A DNA stretch of 60,897 nt, counting the filler, from Syncephalis fuscata S228 (lineage: Eukaryota; Fungi; Zoopagomycota): assembly GCA_025786725.1 (NCBI GenBank). It is 3 parts of 3 records of this genome, joined end to end, with 100 filler letters (N's around TTAATTAATTAA, not from the genome) between each part and the next. Parts side by side here need not be neighbours in the genome. Positions count along the whole stretch, not along the records: positions 1 to 18,831 come from JAHLTZ010000180.1; 2 more parts are not named here. One strand, written 5' to 3'. Below the pieces are notes generated by a model. It had not been told where the DNA came from. It worked only from the letters and a program-made list of their open reading frames with translations, and searched no databases. Position numbers and translations under genes: made by a program. Within the stretch, counting starts at the first letter, position 1. Each line of letters begins with the position of its first letter. Of the stretch, positions 1-10,245 are shown in pieces.

Positions 1-442
1 AGCTTATTTGTCCTCATGAAGGCCGTTCCAGCAACAATTTCAGTTTGTTTTAATTGCCAGAAAGCAAAAAATTGGCCTAGTAAAAACTGTTCAATGCAAT
101 CTTGAACATTTTAATGACTGTCTATATAACTCTGGTAATGATACTATTAAATATATTATTAAATATATTACAAATAATGCAGCTACATTTTCAAATGTAA
201 ATCAACAGATATACAAATAAAAGTATCAAAGTATGTACACATTTGATTATTTAATATACACTAACAATTGTAATGCTTAACAGATGCTATTATTTTTTAT
301 TACAAAGCTTGATTTGCTTTTGATTAAATAAAAAACGACATTGTTATAACACCAGTAATAAATGATGTAACCTTGAGCAAGTAACCAAAGGAAAAATATA
401 TAAATAGTAGCTTAATCAAATATTATTGGATAATAAGAACTA

Positions 443-800
443 CAAAGCTAAAAATGCTTGATAAGAAAAAAATTAATTATTATAAATGCAACAATTCTAA
501 TTTAAAACTTTGTTTATCTACATAATTTAATTAATGTAGCAATATTAACGGCAATGCCAATCGTGTTTTATTTTCCAAAATACTTTCAACAACTTACTGG
601 TAGCAAATGCAACTAACAAACACAATACAAAAACATGCTTTGTAAGGATTAGGATTAATAATATTGACACAGTAGTTAATATTGAAGCAATCGTTTTTAT
701 TGAATAGATACAAACTACTAATGAAACAACTATTAAGATAAAGAAAGTGTAACACAAACAAAAATGATTTAATTAATAAGTATTTTTTAAATTTAAATTT
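443..800 (+). repeat. Dispersed AT-rich repeat, copy 1 (diverged direct copy at ~6342-6716)
   Basis: Colinear shared blocks, e.g. AAAGCTAAAAATGC..GATAAGAAAAA..TAATTAT..ATAAATGCAA, TGTAGCAATA.TAAC.GCAAT, CAATACAAAAA.ATGC, TAATGAAACA.CTAT.AA, AAGAAAGTG, AAAATGATTT. Confidence 0.75.
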
Positions 801-2024
801 TAACCAACAAATAAAATTAAACTGGCTTATTTAAAGAGGTTCAGATACCAAATATAGCAATTAAATAATTCCGAATTATATAAAAGTATTATTGCTTTGA
901 TCAACTCAAATTAGTTAGTTGGCCATCAAGCAAGAGTGAATATATGCAAAATAAAGCCGTCAATATGGCATTTGTCATTGATAAACTAGAATAATCTACT
1001 CGTAACATCCACTCTTAAATGTCGTAGTAGTCGCTCCAATATTATAATTTAGAAAAGTTATGGAACATGGTAAAAAAAGCTTAAGAGGATGTTGTGGTGG
1101 ATTATTTAAGCCACTTGATTTGTATTAAATCTTATGATATTTTCATTAACTAAATAAAGCTAACTTTTCACAATATTAAGCACACTATTGGTTGTTTAAT
1201 CTGATTTGGCAGTTAAATAGTTATAATAGTCACACATTTAAACCAACTATTTATTTTATTGAAGATGAAAATGGGTGTTGAATGTCATTGGTCATTAAAC
1301 TATTTAGTTATCATTATTGTTATGCTGCACATATCTATCCTGTATACATATACTATATGTCCGTCTATATCATTAATATTGTAAATTGCAAAAACTATAT
1401 TAATAAAAGCTAAAAGTTTATTGCTAATTGTATTCTTTTAGCAGATTTTGATTTATTTTGTTCATTACTCTTGGGCAATTGCATACAGTAGTTTCACTAT
1501 CACTATTCACGTATTCGTTTTGTCTATTTATTTTGTATTATAATATTGTATGCTTTATTGCCATGTTTTATTAAAAAACATATTTATTCTAATTTCAGCA
1601 TAATGTTATGTAGCTATATAATAATAATAGTTTTGCTACTATTCATACCAATCTATGCCTATAGCTAATACAATATATCGTACATGTTTTTTGTTAGTTT
1701 GACTAATAATTAATAATTATTGGATGCAAATAAAACATAAGTATAGATATAACAATTTGATTGTATATAGTTAAGATGAAACCATAATTTATTACTATAA
1801 GCTTGCACAGTTGAATAGAAACAACTAAATGCAAGCCTGTTGATAAAATAATGATCCCATTGATTAAAGACTGGATAAACCGGAGCATTGGCCAAAACTT
1901 GATATATAAATAGACTGGACGGCGTAGTTGTCAAATGGTCTTGCTTTTCACCAAATATATACCTAAAGTGTATTGGACTAGTGGTTTGATTACACCACCA
2001 ATGCTAATGTCTTGAAACCATCGA

Positions 2025-3673
2025 TTATGCTGTATTTACAAATAAAGATAGTACATGGTATATAATTAATGTATAAACCATTGATATGCAATACTACTTA
2101 CACGCTGTTAATATTAAATAATCAATACAGTCAGTAAATAGCGTGGTTAATATATGGTCAGTTAATATACAATACTACTTACGGCCTATTGATATTGAAT
2201 TATTTATAGGCATAACACATGGTATGTAATTAGTGCATAGTCAGTTAATATATAATACTACTTACATGCTATTAATATTAAAATAGTTATAGTTATAGTG
2301 TATGGTGCATAATTAGTGCATAGCCAGTTAATATATGATACAACTTACGGTCTATTAATATTAAGTTGTTTATACGCATAATGTATAATACATAATTAGT
2401 ACATATTAATTTAGTATAATACAACTTACACCCTATTGGTATTGAATTATTTATACGCATAATACACGGTACATAATTAGTATATATTCATTCAATATAT
2501 AATACAACTTACAGCCTATTAATATTAAGTTATTTATACGCATAATACATGGTGCATAATTAGCCAGTAGTCAAACAGTATGTAATACTACTTACCCCCT
2601 ATTAATATTAAGTTATTTATACGCATAATACATGGTACATAATTAGTGCATAATCAGCCAATATATAATACAACTTACTCCCTATTAATGTTGTTATTTA
2701 TACGCATAATACATGGTACATAATTAGTGCGTAGTCAGTTAATATATAATACTACTTACATGCTATTAATATTAAGAGCGTTATAGGCATAATACATGGT
2801 GCATAATTAATGCATAATCAGTTAATATATAATACAACTTACGTTCTATTAATTTAAATTATTTATACGCATAATACATGGTACACAATTAGTGCATAGT
2901 TATTTAATATATAGTACAACTTACCCCCTATTAATATTAAGTTATTTATACGCATAATACATGGTACACAATTAGTGCATAATCAGCCAATATATAGTAT
3001 AACTTACAACCTATTAGTATTAAGTTATTTATACGCATAATACGTGGTACATAATTAGTGCGTAGTTAGTTAATATATAATACTACTTACATGCTATTAA
3101 TATTAATATAGTTATATACACAGTACATGGTACGCAATTAGTGCATAGTCAGTTAATATACAATACAACTTACGTTCTATTAATTTGAATTATTTATACG
3201 CATAATACATGATACGCAATTAGTGCATAGTTAGTCAGTATATAATACAACTTACTTGCTATTAATTTTGAATTATTTATACGCATAATACATGGTACAC
3301 AATTAGTGCATAGTCAGTCGATATATAATACGACTTACGTTCTATTGATTTGAATTATTTATACGCATAATACATGGTACACAATTAGTGCGTAGTCAGC
3401 CAATATATAATACGACTTACCGGCTATTAATATTAAGTTATTATACACATAATACATGGTATATAATTATTGCATATTTATTTAATCTATAATACAACTT
3501 ACCCCCTATTAATATTAAGTAGAAATACTGTTAGTGAGCATAATAATATGATATATCTATTGTTATTGCAACATACCAGCACGACGAACTAAAGTTGGAT
3601 TAGCACCCACCATGGCTGTACTGGCCGCAAGAGCCACGACAATAGTGCAAACGACGGCAATAGAAAGCTTCAT
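2025..3673 (-). CDS. Micro-exon gene encoding a 51-aa secreted Cys/Trp/Pro-rich peptide precursor (20 exons: 3673-3577, 18 x 3-nt exons, 2029-2025)
   Basis: Exon 1 encodes MKLSIAVVCTIVVALAASTAMVGANPTLVRRA plus one G, then a GTATGT donor. Each repeat unit reads YAG|NNN|GTAAGT on the minus strand. Micro-exons (plus-strand coordinates of first base): 3503, 3421, 3339, 3256, 3174, 3091, 3008, 2925, 2843, 2760, 2679, 2596, 2513, 2430, 2349, 2266, 2183, 2102 = GGG CCG AAC CAA AAC CAT GTT GGG AAC CAT GGA GGG GCT GGT ACC CAT GCC CGT. The last exon is CAG|CA TAA. The joined frame gives GAEPKPCWEPWRGWYPCPS*. Confidence 0.8.
2040..3520. repeat. Tandem array of 18 units of 81-83 bp (each = one 78-80 nt intron + one 3-nt micro-exon)
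   Basis: CTTAC-NNN-CT(A/G)TT recurs every 81-83 bp. The unit body (ATACGCATAATACATGGTACATAATTAGTGCATAG) is conserved while the triplet varies. Confidence 0.95.
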
Positions 3674-3705
3674 GGTGATATTAATTTGTTAAGACAAACA
3701 AATAA

Positions 3706-3820
3706 AAGAGATAGTAGAGTGTGGTTGGTATAGAGTGGAGAGTAGAGTGTGTATAGCAAGAAGTAGAGAGTGGTTGATATAAAGTGGAGAGTAGTGTGCG
3801 TTTAGTAAAAAGTAGAGTGT
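3706..3820 (-). promoter_or_regulatory. CT-rich ~49-bp duplicated tract upstream of the micro-exon gene (5'UTR/core promoter)
   Basis: TGGTTG.TATA.AGTGGAGAGTAG occurs at 3722 and 3771. The tract is pyrimidine-rich on the sense strand, as is typical near fungal transcription starts. Confidence 0.35.
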
Positions 3821-4013
3821 AATGATGATATCGCGGTTGATTGTGTATATTTTGTGGGCTATTTAAACCTATGGCTATGGTGAGATGCCAGTTTACTGTA
3901 GTATACGAGATATAGCATTAATATACAATATGAACCAATAAAGCAAACCCAAAAATGGTTTAAGGTATACGTGTATATTAATAGATTCAGGGTGTGATAG
4001 TATGCTTCTTAGC

Positions 4014-4535
4014 TTTGATTTCAACCTGCCCAGTCTTGATTTCAACCTGTTTGGCCTTGATTTCAACCTGCCTGGTTTTTACTTTAATCTTCTCGGCATT
4101 TACACAAATGATACGGCAATTCCAATGAGCAGTGCATATACAATAGAGATATGTACACCGTTCTGTGTTTTTTATTTCACGGTCTAACTATTTGATAAAA
4201 ACGAATATAATGTTTGGTTTTGTGAAAACGATAATGGTGTTTTTCCTATTACTTCCACCGAATGACTCGGGTCCCAACATCTGCATGCATACAAAATAAC
4301 ACATAACTTGCCCGGTCTTTACTTTAATCTGTTAGTCGTTTGCACGATTAGTGTAATGCTGTTTATAATTTAGTGCATATACGATAAAAATAGATACTAG
4401 CCTGTATTTTTGTTACACAATCTAACTATTTGGTAAAAACAAGTATATTGTTTGGCTTTGTAAAACGATAACGATGTATTTGCTGCCATTTCTACCGATT
4501 CAGTCCTTAATATCTGTTGCGTGCAGAATAGCACT
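4014..4535. repeat. 21-bp minisatellite (TTGATTTCAACCTG core x3) followed by a degenerate ~240-bp tandem duplication
   Basis: TTGATTTCAACCTG recurs at ~4016, 4037 and 4058. Blocks TTTACTTTAATCT, AGTGCATATAC, TCTAACTATTTG.TAAAAAC and AAAACGATAA recur about 240 bp apart. Confidence 0.7.
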
Positions 4536-6341
4536 CAGCACTGATGCAAAAACAAGTTTAATGTATCAAACTGGTATTTTATACAGGTTTTTACTGCCAT
4601 ACATAAGCCAATTATAATTCCTTAAATTATAAAGTGTGTTGATTGGTATATGCATGCATTTCATTCGACACTATGCTTATTGTTATGGGGCAATCACTGC
4701 TTTGAATTTACAAATTCATTACATTCAGACATATTATGTTACATGTTGCACAATTATCATCATTCACATGGCGTTTAATCCAAATTACCTGAACTTGACT
4801 ATACAATAAGTACTGTTTGTAGAATAATGCATCACAGCATTTTTAGCAATGGAACATTCCAACAAGCATTTTCGTCATCAGCTTTTAGCTGTAAACTAAA
4901 TTGCATCGGCTAAATTATACGCAATACAATATGCAGACATTAGACTAGATACAATAAAAAGTTCTAGCCAAATATCAGCAATTTCAGGTGCATAATAGCA
5001 ATGGATTGCATATCAATTGGTAATCATCTAAGGCCTAAGTGCTGTTTATATTTCTGAAATCAATTCTGACGAGTCAAGCAAAATGGATTATAGAAGAACA
5101 AGCCAAAGCAGAACCAATGAAAAAACAATTGGCATCTTAAAGGCTTACTGGCTTAGCTTATAGCAAATCATTATAGCTATACTAAGCCGGGCTACATTTA
5201 TCAAAAAGTTGGCTGTTACTGATGCAGCTAAAACAACAGTAACGTTAAACCGAGATAACGCACAAAAAACAGAGAGATGTAAATAAAATTGAATAAATAA
5301 GTTTAGTAATTAAATAGTTTATTGTTGTTGCTATAATTTATAATTCTGGTTATTTGTGCGGATAAGTATTTACAATCACATTGTTTTCTTATATGCTTAC
5401 ATTTATACGACCACTAACTAAGCCGACTATTATAAGAATCAATTTAATCATTTATTAGAGTAAGCAGCTAACATTATACATTATTGCAATAATAGAAAGA
5501 CAGATTAATTTTATTTATTGACCATTAATAAAAGTTGTATAGCTATATTAAAATAAAACAAAATAACAAATTGAACGCGTAATAATATAATTAAGTCATT
5601 TTTACTTCGACTCCACATCTTTTATTTACTCATTTTACCATTTTTTCTTATTACTATCTTATTGTTTTATTTTGTAGTATATTATTCACTAATGTCAAAT
5701 ATAACAATATAAATAACATGTGTATTTGAACATCAATAAAGAACATATTCAATCCCTAATCTTTATTTTTCTTATTTTACATTAACACCTGTTCAAGTAA
5801 CCTTAACGGCATGCCGTATTATTTAGTTACAACTGTCACCACAAGATCTTTCTGGTAAATAAACTCAACCTATCATTATTACATATGATGGAGGCCATTT
5901 GCTTGATCAATGATTGGCAAATAATCTGCACCTATCAATTTGATATTAAGAATGCTCAAGAGAATGGTGAACATTAGAAATGCTAGCCGTCCTATCTTTT
6001 TGTCACCATAGACAAGTATTTACATCGCAAATATGCCCAAATACAACAGTAGAAGATTGAAAAATAGAAGAGACCATTCAGACGCAAGAAATCACACTGT
6101 ATGTAGTAACAGCAACAACAACTGCGGAACGATATGGAATTGCAATCAATGGCTTTTACTAATGTTCAATCAATCCTTCTACACATGGCCAACAACAACA
6201 ATAGGCTTCGCGAATTGCAAAGTAGTTGGATAAAAACATTACAACTATGTTTTTTGTACATAACAACATTTTTTCAATTGAAATCAATTTTACTTTGAAG
6301 ACTCAAAATATGAGAGTTAAAGTAAAATTGGCAAATTTTGA

Positions 6342-6716
6342 AAAGCTAAAAATGCCCGATAAGAAAAAGTTAATTATGATAAATGCAATAATTTTAATTT
6401 AAAATTGCTTATTTACGTAGTATAGTTTATTGTAGCAATACTAACAGCAATCCAATTGTGTTTTATTTGTTAAAAAACTTTTAACAATATACAATACAAA
6501 AATATGCCGTGTAAAATTAGTACTAATAGTGCTGAGCTAGCAGTTAATGTTAAACGTCTTTTATTAAACAAATACAAAATAATAATGAAACAGCTATCAA
6601 AAAAGAAAAGAAAGTGCCATTAAAAAGTATTTAATCTGAGGTAAACGTCATTACAAAAAACAAAGTGTGGACAAATAAAAATGATTTTACCAATAAACAA
6701 ATTTAATAAATTTAAA
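6342..6716 (+). repeat. Dispersed AT-rich repeat, copy 2 (of 443-800)
   Basis: Colinear with 443-800 in the same orientation. Confidence 0.75.
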
Positions 6717-6881
6717 ACGGAGAACTCATTATGGGGAAATTTAAAACAGTGTATTTTCCTAATTTTCCTTTGATTCTTTTTTCTTTTTTTTTATTCGCCA
6801 CCGATCTTCATCGCGTGTATCTGTGTGTGTACATCTGCACTTGTACGGCTACTACTTTACTTTACAGTTCATTTATATACC

Positions 6882-9800
6882 ATGCGTTCTAAAGGCTGGC
6901 GTAAAAGAAATGTGGTTAGGAAACCCCGTGATGCACCTAATGGTGAACGAGGTGTTGGCTATAAAGAACTAGAGAAAAGTAATCCCGTACTAGAAAGCTA
7001 TTACAAAGTGAGTTATATACCAACTCATATTAACAATAGTATAGTATATTAAACAGTATGGTATAGGAACAGAATGTTGTGCCAGAAGAAGAATGGGAGT
7101 CTTTTCTAACCTATTTACGAACTGAATTGCCAACTACATTCCGTGTTACCGGTACACGCAAGTAAGTTACTACAAATCAGTCATAATAATATATCAATGT
7201 AATTTAAATAATAGAGTGGCCACTGAATTAAATGAAAATATTAAGAAAAAGTATATTCCAATATTAACGAATATTACAATCGATGACAAACCCGTTGAAG
7301 CACCTACTAATTTACCATGGTAAGTGTATTAATAACTATGAAATACGTTTAATTAATAGATTTTATATATAAATATATTAGGTATCCTAATGGCTTTGGA
7401 TGGCAATTATTAAGTAGTAAAATGGCTGTTAAACGATCCCCTGAATTTAAACAATTCCATCAATTCTTGGTGGCTGAAACAGAAGTGGTAAACATTTATA
7501 AATACATTAATTAATTATTAATAATCAGCACTAATATATCTATTTTCTATTAATAGGGAAATATCAGTCGACAAGAGGCTGTAAGTATGATTCCTCCGCT
7601 GTTACTCGATGTAGAGCCACATCATCTAGTAAGTGACTACTAGTATGTCTATACAACTATGTGTTAACTATTGAACAGGTACTTGATATGTGTGCAGCAC
7701 CTGGATCTAAAACGGCTCAATTGGTTGAAGCTATACACGCTAATGATACACCGGGCGTCATTCCAGGTAATTAAGCGTTACTAATACACGTGTTACTATT
7801 AACTTTATTATACGATTATATAGCGGGTGTCGTGGTGGCTAATGATGTTGATGCCCGTCGTGCTTATATGCTCGTCCATCAAATGCGTCGACTTCAAAGT
7901 CCATCACTTGTCGTGACTAACCATGAAGCACAGCATTTCCCTAATATTCAATTTGACTTGGGTGTAAGTTGTAGTACAGGCTAATGAATACGGTTAACTA
8001 ATAGTCGGTCATTGATAGTTGGCACCAGGCGATAAGTCCAAGTTACAATTCGACCGTGTCCTATGTGATGTGCCATGCAGGTAAGTTGAATAGTAAATAC
8101 GGTACAATACAATACAATCTAATATATCTGTATATGTATGTGTGTATTAGTGGTGATGGTACTTTGCGCAAGAATGCTATTATATGGCAGAATTGGCATT
8201 TGGGTAATGCTATTGGTCTACACACGTAAGTGTTAACTATAGTTTATTTGATATAGCGATTGACATGAATACCACTAGTACACAGATAAGCATTTTAATG
8301 CGAGGATGTCAATTATTGAAAGTGGGTGGCCGTCTTGTTTATTCAACCTGTTCAATGAATCCCGTTGAGAATGAATCAGTAGTAGCTGCAGTGCTTAATC
8401 GATATGCTGGTAAATCAATATATGAATGTGTCATTGACTATTTACTAATAGTTATGTTATCAAGGATCAATTAAGTTGGTTGATGTCAAGGATCGCCTGG
8501 TAGAGTTGAAGAGACGACCAGGTTTGACCAAATGGAAGGTGGATAGAATAGAATAGACCACATTAATAGAAACATAGTATTAATCGTATCGTTTGTAATA
8601 GGTGATGTCGAAGAGTGGTGCTTGGTATGATTCATATGATCAAGTGCCAGCATCAGAACATAAAGTACTTCGTTCAAGTCTTTTCCCACCTGCCAATGCT
8701 CATGAATTGGGATTAGAACACTGGTAAGTGGTCCTATTATTATGACAACAAGTAGTATACTTATATTTGATATAGTTTACGTATTTACTCGCACCTTCAA
8801 AACACGGGTGCCTTTTTCGTTGCTGTATTTGAAAAGACAGCGGCTATCACAATGGCAGAAAAAGCCAAAGAAGAAGCTGAATCGAACGGCTCAGATAGTG
8901 AAAAGATTGATGATACTGAAGTGGATACAGTAATTGAAGATAACACCGCTAATGATGTAGCAATTGAAAATGGCACTGTTACTGATGCAGCAAAACGGTC
9001 GGCTTCTTTTATTCCAGCCGAGTCGAATCAAGAGGTGAAACGGGCCCGTAATGACGACAATGATCAATCAGTATTCGATAAAGCAAAGGATTCAGAAAAA
9101 CCAGTCTCTAAAGGTGGCTATAGTAATCCAGAAGGACCATTTAAACTATTAAGTGCCAACAATACTAGTATAGCCGAGATTTGGTAGGCTGATCAATATA
9201 TATGTATATATATAATTAATACTTGTATATTTATATAATAGTGAATTCTACGGATTATCAAATGAATTTCCTCGTGATCAAATACTTGTTCGCTCTGATG
9301 TGGAAGAGAATAACAAAACATTATTTTTAGTATCGGGTACCGTTAAGAAAATACTACAAGCCGCCGACATTGCCCGATTAAAGGTAATGGTCAAATATGT
9401 TTATTTATATGAATAGTGAATACTGAATAATGAATGATATAGCTTGTGCATACAGGTATACGTGTATTCATCCGTAATGAAGGCAGCAATGAGCGGGCCT
9501 TCCGTTATCGCTTACAAGCTGATGGTCTTGGTGTTGTGGCGCCATTGTTGTCACCGACCCGTGTAGTGAATGCCCACTTGGACGATTTACGGGCATTAGT
9601 ATTACATCAAAATCCATTATTGGATGATTTGACACCAGAAACCAATAAATCTTTAGATGAGTTACGTAAGTTGTATTATTATTATTACATTAATAACTAT
9701 ATTGATTACTATTGATGTTATGGTTATTGTTATTAGAACCTGGTTGTTGTGTTCTTCGATTTGATCCATCGCCTTATCCTGAATTGACGTAAGTATCGAT

Positions 9801-10176
9801 AATACAACTAACCAATTAATCTTGTATTATTTATAATAACGTTGATACTGATACCGATATATATATATACAGTATGTATGAGATGCTTTATATTCCAGTA
9901 TGGCGTGCACGTATCTCTGTCAATCTACTATTGAGTAAACAAGAGAAAAGGTAAGAAGGAAGCTTATCATAGACTAGCTATAATACAATAATGAATTATA
10001 AATACGGTCGTGTTTTATTATACGATTTTAGATCACTTGGATTCCGTATTGGCATCGACATTCTATCTATTGAGAAACAGTCGAAAGAGGAAACAGCTAC
10101 TGATGCAACTGCGGCCACAACAATTACCGCAACAACGACGGAAACCACGGAAACGACAACCATGACGTCAGATTAA
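6882..10176 (+). CDS. NCL1: tRNA (cytosine-5)-methyltransferase NSUN2/Trm4, multi-exon
   Basis: Spliced exons give [58 protein letters not shown] and [14 protein letters not shown], the NOL1/NSUN motifs with both catalytic Cys. Confidence 0.95.
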
Positions 10177-10245
10177 TGCGTAATAAATTTTATAGCACAT
10201 AATAATAGCATTATCTTGTAACAAAGTGTCATTGATAAAATAATC

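Noticed and set aside
545-1934. Short ORFs 545-757, 1703-1888 and 1710-1934
   Set aside because: AT-rich compositional ORFs, mostly with non-ATG starts and no motifs. The first lies in a dispersed repeat; the others lie downstream of the peptide gene stop.
2040-3520. CRISPR-like array or plain minisatellite
   Set aside because: Eukaryotic context with no cas genes. The variable part is only 3 nt and is bounded by splice signals, so an intron/micro-exon array explains it better.
4002-4187. ORF with repeated DFNL heptads
   Set aside because: Simply the translation of a 21-bp minisatellite; no other sign of coding.
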